From NCBI RefSeq assembly GCF_020745735.1, contig NC_083409.1, positions 16,230,789 to 16,294,788 on the forward strand: DNA of 64,000 nucleotides, in the 5' to 3' direction. The notes under the pieces are model-generated. The model worked only from the letters and a program-made list of their open reading frames with translations, was not told the DNA's origin and did not search any database. This document shows, one piece after another, positions 23,166 to 33,659 of the stretch. The stretch is from Hemiscyllium ocellatum (taxonomy: Eukaryota). The stretch's first letter is position 1. Each line of letters begins with the position of its first letter. The position numbers were made by a program, and so were the translations under genes.

Positions 23166-24465
23166 TTATCTTACATTCTGTTGGGCAAGAGATATGGAAT
23201 GTCAGAAAGAACTTTGATTTTAGCAGCAATTGTCAAAGTCTTGGAAATTAGTGCCCATTCAGGTGAGACAGGTGAAGAAACTCAGTGATTGCAATGGCAG
23301 ATTGGATGGGCTCTTGATGGAAATAAACCTGCAAGGCCCTGGGGGTCGAGTAGGGGAGGGGGTGGGACTGACTGGATTGCTCCATGAAATGACCTGACAG
23401 GCTGAATGTTCTCCCCCTGTGCTGGAAATAGGTCTCACTCAATGAGGGGTTCACAATTAGAGAGTCTGGATGCAGTAAATACAGGACAAATTGTTTCTCC
23501 AGGCAGGAGGGTCAGTAACCAGAGGGCACACATTTCAGAAAGGGTCTGAAGTACAAGAGAGAAGATAGGAACATTTTTTATCCAGCGAGTTCATGATGAC
23601 TGTCTGCAAGGTGAGTGGAAGTGGATTCAACAGCAACTTTCAAAAGGGCATTTGGAGAAATAGCTGAAAAGGAAATAATTGCAGGGTTATACAGGAAGGG
23701 CTGGGGAAATGGGACTCATTGGACTCATTTGACTAACAGTCGCAATTAACCCAGTGACCTCTGTCTGTGCTGTTTTAGAGCTTACACATACTTAGACTCA
23801 CCTTTACACAAAGACTGGGAGAAACAGACAACCCAGTTTACAGAAGAGTGTTTTCTCAAGGAAAACTCTCTTGAACCAACTCAGGGAACAGGCCAGACTA
23901 GATTTACTGATGAGGAATAATTCAGCAAATCAATGGCAAGGGAACAGTGAACCAAAAGTGATGGGATTGAACAGTATATTCAATAGCACAACCATTCAGA
24001 GGGGGAGGGATCAAGGGCAGGAAGTCCGAGAGCATGCTGTAGGGGTCTGAAGGCTCTGCTGTCAATGGTGGGATGGAGCAAGCAGCAATGGGCAGGAGAC
24101 CAGAGACAGAAGATGGAAGGGGGAGAGAGGGAATGTGAGTCTGCAGCAGGACACAGACGGAGGGAGGCCATGGTGGCAATTGGCTGGCAGTGAGGTCAGG
24201 GGTCATTCTGGAATGAGAGATGGATAAGACAGGGAAGGGCCCACTCCATATCAGACAAATTGGAGTTTATGGAATATGGCTTTAGGAAGCTGGGAGAGGA
24301 CATTAGAATCATAGAGTTAGGGGGCAGGACGAGCAGGAATTAGGGTTTCTGTGGTCAAGGGGGCGAGGTAGTGCAGAGACAATGTTGTTGAGATTGAAAT
24401 AAGAGGCATACGTGATGGAAAGGATGTGGGGTTTGCAGCTCAGGTGCTGGATAGTCCTGAGGGAA

Positions 24466-24596
24466 GGAGGGCCATGTTTACTGGTCTCTTCTGGAGCATC
24501 CAGTGGGAAGGAGGTCCCTGTTTATTGGTGTCTATTGGAGGTTCCAGTGGAAAGAGGTCCATGTTTATTGGTGTCTATTGGAAGGTGGTCCATGTA
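24466..24596 (+). repeat. ~43-bp minisatellite, left part
   Basis: About 3 diverged units of GGAGGCCATGTTTACTGGTCTCT..GGAGGTTCCAGTGGGAA. Confidence 0.75.
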
Positions 24597-24605
24597 TACA
24601 TCATT

Positions 24606-25835
24606 AAAGAGTCATAGAGGTTTACAGCATGGGACCAGGCCGTTCAGCTCAACTCATCCATGCCGACCAAGTATCCAAAACTGAACTAGTCCCATTTGCA
24701 TGTGTTTGGCCCAATTCTCTCTAAATCCTTCCTATCCATGTTCCTGTAAAAATGTCCTTGAAATGTAGTAATTGTACTCACCTCTACGAATTCTTCTGGC
24801 AGCTCATTACACATACACACTAACCTCTGTGTGAAAATGTTGCCTCTCAGTTTCCTACTAATTTTTTCCCCTCTCAACTTAAGTTACTCCTTCTAGTACT
24901 GGACTCTCCTACCCTGAGGAAAAGACTTTGATTATTCACCTTATCTATGACCCTCATGATTCTATAAACCTCTATAAGGTCACCCCTCAATCTCCTGCAT
25001 TCCTTGGAAAAACATCTTGGCCTATTCATCCTCATCTTGTAATTCAAATCCTCCAATCTTGATAACATCCCTGTTAATCTTTCTTGTATTCAAACCACTG
25101 TCATAACTTCCTTCCTATAGCAGGATGAGCAGAAATGTACTGTGTCCAAATGTGGCCTTCCCAATGCCTTGTACAGCTGTAACATGATGTCCCAGCTCCT
25201 GTACTCCCTGCTTTGACCAGTGTAGATGAGCATGCCAAATACTTTCTTCACCACCCTGTCTACCTGTGACCCCACTTCCAAGGAACTATGTACCTGTACC
25301 CCTCAGTCTCTCTGTTCAACAACACTCCCCATGGCTCTACCATTAATTGTGTAATTCCTGCCCTGGTTTGTCTTTCCAAAATGCAACTCCTTCCATTTAT
25401 CAAAATTTCCATCTGGATTTGTTGACCCACTGGCCCAGTTGATCAAGATGACATTGCACTCTTGGATAACCTTCTTCCCTGTCCACTATGCCAACAATTT
25501 TAACATCAGCCACAAACTTACTGACCATTCCTGCTATTTTCTCATCCAAATTGTTCATATAAATGATGAACAACAGTGGATCCAGGATCGATTCTTTTGA
25601 CAGGCAGTTGGTCACTGGCCTCCAGTCTGAAGAACAACCTTCTCTCACCAGCCTCTGCCTCCTATCATCAGGCCAATTTTATATCCAATTGGTGAGCTCT
25701 CCCTGGATCCTATGTGATATAATCTTACTGAGCAGTCTACCATAGGGAACCTTGTATTAACTCCATGTAGACAGAGTGTACTACTCCATCTTTACCTATC
25801 TTCTTGCTTACTTCTTCAAAAACTCAACCATCTAC
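24606..25835 (-). mobile_element. CR1 RT/3'-end fragment splitting the minisatellite
   Basis: Minus ORFs 24686-25648 (LYKALGRPHL, KFVADVKIVG). Confidence 0.85.
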
Positions 25836-25839
25836 TCAT

Positions 25840-25992
25840 CTCCATTGGAAGTTCCAGTGATTAGGAGGCCCATATTTATTGATCTGTCTTGGAGGATCCA
25901 GTCAGAAGGAGACCAATGTTTACTGGTCTCTAGTGGAGGCTCTTGCAGGAAGGAGGCCATGTTTACTGGACTCTGTAGGAGAGTCCAGTGCA
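25840..25992 (+). repeat. ~43-bp minisatellite, right part
   Basis: About 3.5 units of the same motif as 24466-24596. Confidence 0.75.
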
Positions 25993-26484
25993 TCATGGAC
26001 TCCAAGGTGAGTGTGGGGTTCAGTTCCTTTCTGTTGTAACTGTGTAATGGTTCAACCCACATCCCAGTAAAACACCCTGACTCAGAGACTGATCATGGAA
26101 AGGGAAAGAGAGGGGTAGGAGAGGGGAAGGGATTGGAAAATATTGTGAATGGACAGGCTGGATCAGTGGGTCAGAGCCTGTGCTGCCCCCCCACCCAGCT
26201 CACACTGATGGCCTGAGGATCTCCTCTCTCTGCTGGGCCTTCATGGAATGAGCTTTGTGTCCAAACCAGTCTCCAGTGAGAACAGGCCAAAAGCACAGAA
26301 CTGCCCTTCATTTGACAAGAATCTAGCCATCTTTCTGAGAGAGGCCAAATCCAGGTCAATGTGGAAAATGGGGCCTTAATCCAGGGGAAAACATGCTTCT
26401 GGGGTCAAGGGTTAACATCCATGAGTGGGGCAGAGAGAGGGAGATTCATCCTGAATTCAACTGCCACAACCTGGGACACTGTGA

Positions 26485-26527
26485 GAAAGAGAGAGAAGTG
26501 AGTCAGAGACAAAGGGTGAGTGTCTGT

Positions 26528-26558
<31 letters not shown>

Positions 26559-26925
26559 ACAGAGAGAGAGAGAGAGAGAAAGTGAGAGACATGAGTATGA
26601 TTAGAAACAGAATGACAGAGAGGGAGGGAGTGCGACTGTAGATTGGGAATACAGAGAGGGAGGGAGAGAGACAGAGGGAGGTATAGAGAGGAGAGATAAA
26701 CAGAGGATTTAAATTGAAGCGAGAGAGGGAAGGAGTTATGGAGACAGTGAGAGATGGAAAAATAAAAATTATGAGATGGAGTGAGAAAGCATGAGTGAAT
26801 TGGGGAGAGTGGCTATGAGACAGAGTGAGAGAGAGAGAGAACATGAATGAGATTAACAGTAGGAGAGAGAGGGATAGAGAGAAAGAAGTGGCAGATGTGA
26901 GACAGAGAGAGAGAGAGAGAGAGGT
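26485..26925. repeat. (GT)n, (GA)n and GA-rich low-complexity tract
   Basis: (GT)n about 26530-26557, (AG)n about 26561-26578. Confidence 0.9.
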
Positions 26926-27884
26926 GGATAGGTCCTGGTCACCACATTCTGGGAAGGATGTGACTGTACTTGAGAGGGTGCAGAGATTTACCAAGATGCT
27001 GCCTGGGATGGAGGGTCAGCTGTGGGGAAATCTTGGAAAGGTTGGGATCGTTTCCTTGGAGCAGTGAAGGCTGAGAGGGGACATGATAGAGGGGGATAAG
27101 ATTATTTGGGGCAGTGATACCGTGGGTAAGAAGGCACTTTATATATCAGTAAAGTACTCAATAACCTGTGTCCCAGGTAACACAGACATGGACACAGAAA
27201 CTCGGAACTGGAGTAGGCCTTTTGGCCCTTTGAGCTTGCTCTGTCATTCAGTATGATCATGGCTGATCCTCCATCTCAAAACCATATTCCTGCTTTCTCC
27301 CCATTCCCTTCATGCTGTTAAAATGCAAAACAATTATCTCTCTCCTTTTCTTGAATTTATTCAGTTCCTTGGGTTCCACAGTTGTCCTACCCTTTGAGTG
27401 AAGAAATGTTTCCTCATCTCAGTCCTAAATGGTCTACCCTCTATCCCCCTGAGACTGAGTCCCCTGATTCCAGACTTCCCAACCAGGGGAAACCTCCTCC
27501 CTGCCCAGCCCTGTTAGAATTTTATACATCTCAATCAGATTCCCTCTCATCCTTCTGAACTTGAGTGAGTCCAGGCCCAGTCAAATTGGAGTGAGAGGAG
27601 AATTGAGGAGAAATGTTTTCACCCAGAAGGTGGTGGGAGTCTGGAACTCACTGCCTGAAAGGCTGGTTGAGTCACAAACTCTCGTGACACTGGAGCAGTG
27701 TTTAGATATTCCCTTGTGTTGCTGTAGCCTCCAGGGTGATGGGTCAAGAGCTGGAGGATGGGATTAGTGTCATCAGATCTTTGTTTACTCACACAGACAC
27801 AATGGGCCAAATGGCCTCATTCAATGTTGTTCACATCAATGATTCTCTGAGAGAGCGCGAGAGAGCGAGAGAGAGAGCGAGAGA

Positions 27885-27980
27885 AGGAAGTGTGAGGGGC
27901 TGACGTGGCTCTCTCTGCCTGATGCCATTTACATACTGAGGAACACCCAGTCAGACTCTCACAGGCTGCAGCTTTATAAA
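27885..27980 (+). promoter_or_regulatory. V-gene promoter
   Basis: AGGAAGTG 27885-27892, TGACGTGG 27901-27908, octamer variant ATTTACAT 27927-27934, TATAAA 27975-27980, about 60 nt before the leader ATG. Confidence 0.7.
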
Positions 27981-28040
27981 GCAGAGCCCAGTGAAGGGAG
28001 AATTTATCAGGAACCAGGCACAGGGACAGGAGCACACACC

Positions 28041-28089
28041 ATGATTTCACACATCCAGTTAATCTGGCCCCTGGCATTCTGTGTCGCAG
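28041..28089 (+). CDS. IGKV: Ig light chain leader exon (MISHIQLIWPLAFCVA-G)
   Basis: ATG, hydrophobic peptide, phase-1 GT donor at 28090; intron 28090-28275 ends in CTCAG. Confidence 0.9.
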
Positions 28090-28275
28090 GTACAAATCTC
28101 TCTCCTTCCACCTTGAATCTTTAGCTGCTCTCCACTTGACTCCAATTCCACTGACTTGTGATTGAAGGGAAAATGCTGAAACCAGAGGAATGCTCAGTGT
28201 CTCCAACAATCTCTCATTTGACCGGCTCTTTCTGTGACAGTTCTGACTTCACTGTGTTTCTCTCTGACCCCTCAG

Positions 28276-28572
28276 GTATCAGTGGGGACATCATCATGAC
28301 CCAGTCTCCCCCGGTGCTGTCAGTGGGACTGGGCCAGACTGCAACCACCACCTGTATGACCAGTCAAAGCATTAGCAGCAACCTTGCTTGGTACCAGCAG
28401 CGAGAAGGTCAGAAACCCTCTCTCCTGATCTATGATGCAACAACTCGATTCACAGGAGTCTCCGATCGATTCACCGGCAGTGGATCAGGGACCAGTTTCA
28501 CCCTGACAATCAGCAACGTTCAGAATGAGGATGTCGCTGAATATTACTGTCAGCAGTATAGCAGCGGGTCTT
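28276..28572 (+). CDS. IGKV: Ig kappa-type (shark type III/NS4-like) V segment, unrearranged
   Basis: [64 protein letters not shown]; both Cys and the Trp present, open frame. Confidence 0.96.
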
Positions 28573-28600
28573 CACAGTGATACAGAGCCATACAAAAACC
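28573..28600 (+). other. 12-bp-spacer recombination signal sequence
   Basis: CACAGTG + ATACAGAGCCAT (12) + ACAAAAACC, consensus heptamer and nonamer. Confidence 0.97.
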
Positions 28601-28616
28601 TCAATATGCACAACAC

Positions 28617-28709
28617 CACCTCCTGTACTGACACATCCAACAGTTATATGAAATGTATAATAAGGGACAGATAGTCCCACCTCTTGCACTGACACGTCCA
28701 CAGTTATAT
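28617..28709 (+). repeat. ~33-bp direct repeat pair in the V-J spacer
   Basis: CACCTCCTGTACTGACACATCCAACAGTTATAT (28617-28649) vs CACCTCTTGCACTGACACGTCCACAGTTATAT (28678-28709). Confidence 0.75.
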
Positions 28710-29044
28710 ATAAAGTAAATTGAACAAATTACCCCATGCTGGGATTGTCACTGTCCACTACACACTCCAGTCCCTGTGGTGTCCACCGCTCACTGAAGGC
28801 CTCAAGTTTCCCTCTTACACTCCATGGCCACATGTGAAGAACAGCTGCAAGATTTAACAATGAAAACTAAATTTCACAAACCCCCGAGAGTAGCTGGACA
28901 CAACCCAGGGAGACAGAGAGAGAAAGACACATGAATGAGGGAGAGACAGAGAGGGGTAGGGAGTGAATGAGATTGACCAAGAATAGACAGAGACAGAGAG
29001 AGACAGGGAGAGGTTGAGAGTGACAGGGGGAAGCAGAGAGCAGA

Positions 29045-29083
29045 GGTTTTTATACAGCCTCTGCACTGGGAGCTCTCACTGTG
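29045..29083 (-). other. 23-bp-spacer recombination signal sequence of J
   Basis: GGTTTTTAT (one mismatch to GGTTTTTGT) 29045-29053 + 23 nt + CACTGTG 29077-29083. Confidence 0.95.
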
Positions 29084-29118
29084 GTACACGTTCGGTAAAG
29101 GAACCAAACTCAGACTGA
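29084..29118 (+). CDS. IGKJ: Ig kappa-type J segment (YTFGKGTKLRL-S)
   Basis: F-G-x-G motif directly after the 23-RSS; followed by GCAAGT rather than GTAAGT. Confidence 0.93.
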
Positions 29119-29544
29119 GCAAGTAAACCTCAATTGTCCGTTATTAACCCTGTCAATACTGAAATACACTTTCTAAAACACAAATGCTGAATTGTTGAAG
29201 GTGTTAGTGGGGAGCTGCAGTGAATGAAATGGTTGATTGAGGAGCACTGTGGCGAACAGGGTGTCCAGCTGTACTTCTTTAGTTCCATTGCCCCGCTTAA
29301 GCAGCAAGACAGAAGTCAGTCAGTTTTACTCACTGTGTGGAGGAGCTCTGTCCATTTTCAGCCTGTGGTCCCATTCCTGCAGCATGGAGTGAAATCAGTG
29401 AGTAGCCTCCTGCCAGTCTCAGTGTGACAGACTCAGGGCAGATTTTGATGTGAGCTCTGGATCCCTGTCCCAGTCTCTGATCTCACTGACCTCAGCAGCA
29501 GCAGCACAGTGATACACCGAGCTCCCACCTCCCCCAGCTTTAAC

Positions 29545-31975
29545 TCTGCTCAATCACACAATCACAGAATTGTTACAGTGTACAAAGAGACCATTCCACC
29601 CATCCTGTCTGGACCGGCTCTCTGAATGAGCAATTCACTGAGTGTCATTCTCCTGCCTTCTCCCTGCCACCCTGCACAGTGTTCCTTTTCAACTAACATT
29701 CTCATTCCCTTCGGAATGTTTTAATTGAAGCTGCCTCCACCACACTCTCAGGCAGTGCATTCCACACCTTAACCACTCACTGGCTAAAAATGTTGTTCCC
29801 CATCTCACTTTTGTTACTTTTCCCAATTGCTTTCGATCTGTGGTCTCTTGGTCTGAATCCTTTCTTAATTGGGAACATTTTCTCCCTATTTACTCTGTCC
29901 AGGCCCTTCCTGACTCTGAATTCCTTGAACAAATCTCCTCTCAGCCTTCTCCAAAGAAGACAGTCCCAAATTCTCCAATCAAACTTCATAACTGATGTTC
30001 CTCATCCCTGGAATGATCTTTGGGAACAATTTTTGCCATCGCTACAAAACATTCGCCTCCTTCCAGAATTCTTCACATTATCTATGTCCCTCATGATTTT
30101 CCAAACCTCTACAAGGTCACTCCTCAGAACCTTCCGCTTCAGGGTAAGAAGTCTCAGCTTTTCCAGCAACTCATAGTCACAGAGTCATACCGCGTGGAAA
30201 CAGACCTTTCAGTCCAACTTGTCCATGCTAACCAAATATCCTAAACTGATCTCATCCCATTTGCCAGCATTTGGCTTACATCTCTCGAAAACCAGCCTAT
30301 CCATGTACCCATCCCAATGTGTTTTAAATGCTGTAATTGTAACCACCTCCAACACTTTCTCTGGCAGCTCAATCCAGACACGCACCACCCTCTGTGTGAC
30401 AAGTTACCCCTCAGGTCCCTTTTGAATCTTTTGCCTCTCACCTTAAACTTATGTCCTCTTGTTTTGGAATCCCTTTTCCACGGAAAAGACCTTGGATATA
30501 CACTCAGTTCATGCCCCTCATGGTTTTATAAACATCTATAACGTCATCCCAAGGCCTTAGATGCTGCAGGGAATATAGCCCCAGTTTCTTCAGCCTTTCC
30601 CGATAGCTCAAACCCTCCAAATCCTGGCCACATCCTTGTAAGTCTTTTCTGCAGCTTTTTAAGTTTAACGACATCCTTCCTACCTCAGGATGATAGAATT
30701 GTTCACATCATTCCCAAAGTGGCCTCACCAATCTCCTGTACTGCTGTAACATTATGTTCCAACTCCTGTACTCAATGCAGTGATGAACAAAAGCAAGCAA
30801 ACCAAACACCTTCTTCATCACCCTGTCTACCTGTGACCCCACTTTCAAGGAATAATGTACCTGCATCTTCACCCCTAGGTGTGTTATTCAGCAACACTCC
30901 ACAGGGCCCTCCCATTAACTGTATAACTCCTGCCCTGGTTTGCCTTTCCAAAATGCAACATCTCACATTTATCTAAACTGAACTCCATTTGCCACTCTTC
31001 TGCCCATTGCCCCATCTGATCAAGGTCCCGCTGTACCCTGAGATAATCTTCTTCACTATCCACTGTCCCACCAATTTTGGTGTCATTTACAAACTTACCG
31101 TAACTCCTATATTCACATCCAAATCATTTCTTTAAATGATGAAAAGCATTTGTGGACTCAGCACCAATCCTTGTGGCACACAGCTATTCACAGATCTCCA
31201 GTCTGAAAAGCAACCTTTTCCCAACACTCTCTGCCTCCAATCTTCAAGCCAATTTTTTGACTCCAATGGCTCGCTCCCCCTGGATCCCATGTGGTCTAAC
31301 CTCACAACCAGTCTATCATGTGGAACCTTGTCAAACACTTTACTCTGAAGTCCATATTGACAATGTCTACTGTTCTGTCTTCATCAATTCTTTTGGTCAC
31401 CTCCTGAATCAAATTCAGGAGACATGATTTCCTATGCACAAAGCCACACTGATTATCCAAACGATGTAAATCCTGTCCCACAGAATCCACTCCAACATCT
31501 TACCCAGCACTGACATCAGGCTCACTGGTCTATAGTTCCCTTGCTTTTCCTTTCTGAAATAATGGCATAATCTTAGCCAACCTCTCTGTTTCTCCAGCAC
31601 CTTATCCATGGTTACCGATGATACATATATCTCAGCAAGGGTCCCAAAAATCTCTTCTCCAGTTGCCACAATGTTCTGGGATACACCTGATCAGGTCCTA
31701 GGGTTTATCTACCTTTATGTGTTTTAAGATCTTTAGCGTCTCCTCATTTAGATGTGTTCTCTTTTCAAGACATCACTATTTTTCCAAATTCCCTAGCTTT
31801 CCCCACAATATATACTGACCTAAAGTATTTGTTCAGGATCTCACCCATCTCTTGTGTCTTACCAAAATATAGCACTCCCATTTATCTGAATTAAACTCCA
31901 TCTGCCAGTCCACAGCTGACTGGCCCAGTTGGTCAAGATTCCATTGTATTCTTAGACAGCCTTCTTCACTGCCAA
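29545..31975 (-). mobile_element. Intronic CR1 RT and 3'-end fragments (antisense to Ig)
   Basis: Minus ORFs 29777, 30241, 30772, 31132 (FDKVPHDRL), 31415. Confidence 0.8.
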
Positions 31976-32288
31976 TGATTAGATTAGATTCTCGACAGTG
32001 TGGAAACAGGCCCTTTGGCCCAACAAGTCCACACTGATCTCCGAAGAGTAACCCACCCAGACCCATTTCCCTCTCAGTAATGCATCAAACACTATGGACA
32101 ATTTAGCATGGCCAATTCACCTGACCTGCACACCTCTGGACTGTGGAAGGAAACCAGAGCACCCGGAGGAAAAACACGCAGACACAGGGAGAATGTGCAA
32201 ACTCCACACAGACAGTCACCCAAGGCTGGATTCAAACCTGGGACCCTGGTACTATAAGGCTGCAGTGCTAACCACTGAGCCACCATGC
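31976..32288 (-). mobile_element. HE1-type V-SINE
   Basis: Near full length, GATTA-repeat tail. Confidence 0.88.
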
Positions 32289-32689
32289 TGACCCCCACCC
32301 CTGAGCCACCACTAAGCCACCAATGCCACCTGAAAATTCACCTAAACATACTTTTGCCAGTCTGGTCACTATATTCAGAAATTAAAGACCCCCCCCCATT
32401 TATAACGGCTCTATCATATTTGCAGGTCTCTGTAAATTCCTTGCATTTGTATTTCTCCACATCCTTCCCACTGGGTGGTGACTTATTGACTGCTGTGAGG
32501 ATTCTGTGGTCCTTGGTGTTCCTCTCTGATATTCGCCCCTGGCTCCCACAGCCCTGCCAAGTTAGTTTAAACCCTCTCTAACAGTAGTAAACCACCTCAC
32601 AAAAATCTAAAGCCCTCCCTCATGGATCCTCTTTCCAGCCCAGCAATCACCTGTGTTCACCTCCTGATTCTATTCTCACTTGTGTGGGG

Positions 32690-32776
32690 TGCTGCAAATG
32701 TGTTGCTGGAAAAGCGCAGCAGGTCAGGCAGCATCCAAGGAGCAGGAGAGTCGATGTTTCGGGCCTGAGCCCTTCT
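32690..32776 (-). mobile_element. 87-bp PLE pLTR mini-insertion
   Basis: 14-bp TSD TCACTTG(T/C)GTGGGG at 32676-32689 and 32777-32790. Confidence 0.85.
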
Positions 32777-32798
32777 TCACTTGCGTGGGGCACTGGGA

Positions 32799-32877
32799 GT
32801 AATCTGGAGATTCCTACTTTTGACTTCCTGCTACTAATTAGCAGCAGGAACTCAAAAGTAGGAAGCTCCCAGATTAC
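32799..32877. repeat. Near-perfect hairpin (34/35-nt arms, 10-nt loop)
   Basis: GTAATCTGGAGATTCCTACTTTTGACTTCCTGCT paired with AGCAGGAACTCAAAAGTAGGAAGCTCCCAGATTAC. Confidence 0.85.
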
Positions 32878-33659
32878 TTAAAAGTAGGAAGCTCCAAAAC
32901 CTCTGACTGCAGGACTACATCCCTTTTCTCCCTCTGTCACTGGGACCGATGTGGACCACGAACTGCTGCCTGTTCCCCCTCTCCCCTCAGGGTGGTCTGC
33001 AGCCGCTCAGTGATATCCTTGACGTTGGCACCAGGGAGACAACACACCATCCTGGATTCCCATCTGCAGCTGCAGAAACACCTATCGACTGCCTTCACTC
33101 TCCAATCCCCTCTCACTATCACTCTTCCAGTCTTCCTTGTGCCCCCCTGTACAGCTGAGCCCCCCGTGGTGCCATGGACCTGGCTCTGGCTGCACTCCCC
33201 AGATGAACCATCATTCGCATCAGGATTCTGAACTGAATCCTGGTTGGAGAGTAGGATGTCTGGGGATTCCTGTACTAGCTGCCTGGTCCTTTTGGACTGT
33301 CTGCTGCTCCCCCATTCCCTCTCTCCCTGCATACTCTGAAGCTGCAGAGTGACCACATCTAGAAACGTGCTCTTCACGGACCTCTCAGCCTCACGGACAC
33401 TCCGCACTGACACCAGCTGCTGCTCATGCTCCGAAACCGGAGCTCCAACTGCTGTCACTGACCACACTTCCTGTACTCATGGTATTCCAGGAGCTGGGAA
33501 ACATTCTGAAGTTCCCACATGGATGCACACTCTCTCCACTCTTGGATTATCTCTTTGCAAAGTTCTGATGACAAACAGCTACTGCAGCAGGGCTCAGAGT
33601 CCAGTGTTCAGTGGGTTCAGTGTTCCAGGGTTTTGGGGAAACTCTCCAAAAGACTTTAA

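Larger units (their letters stand above)
32400..33510 (-). mobile_element. CR1 ORF1 fragment
   Basis: ORF 32937-33467: VIVRGDWRVKAVDRCFC..MVCCLPGANVKDITERLQ (esterase-like). Confidence 0.8.

Noticed and set aside
24466-25992. CRISPR-like array
   Set aside because: Tandem diverged units without unique spacers, eukaryotic context, no cas genes
26503-26994. 163-aa S/L-rich ORF
   Set aside because: Translation of GA/GT low-complexity sequence
28276-29118. Germline-joined V-J as known in some shark clusters
   Set aside because: V and J are separate, each with its RSS
29245-29275. Possible relic J (GEQGVQL) after a heptamer
   Set aside because: No F-G-x-G, wrong spacing from the heptamer, no nonamer or donor
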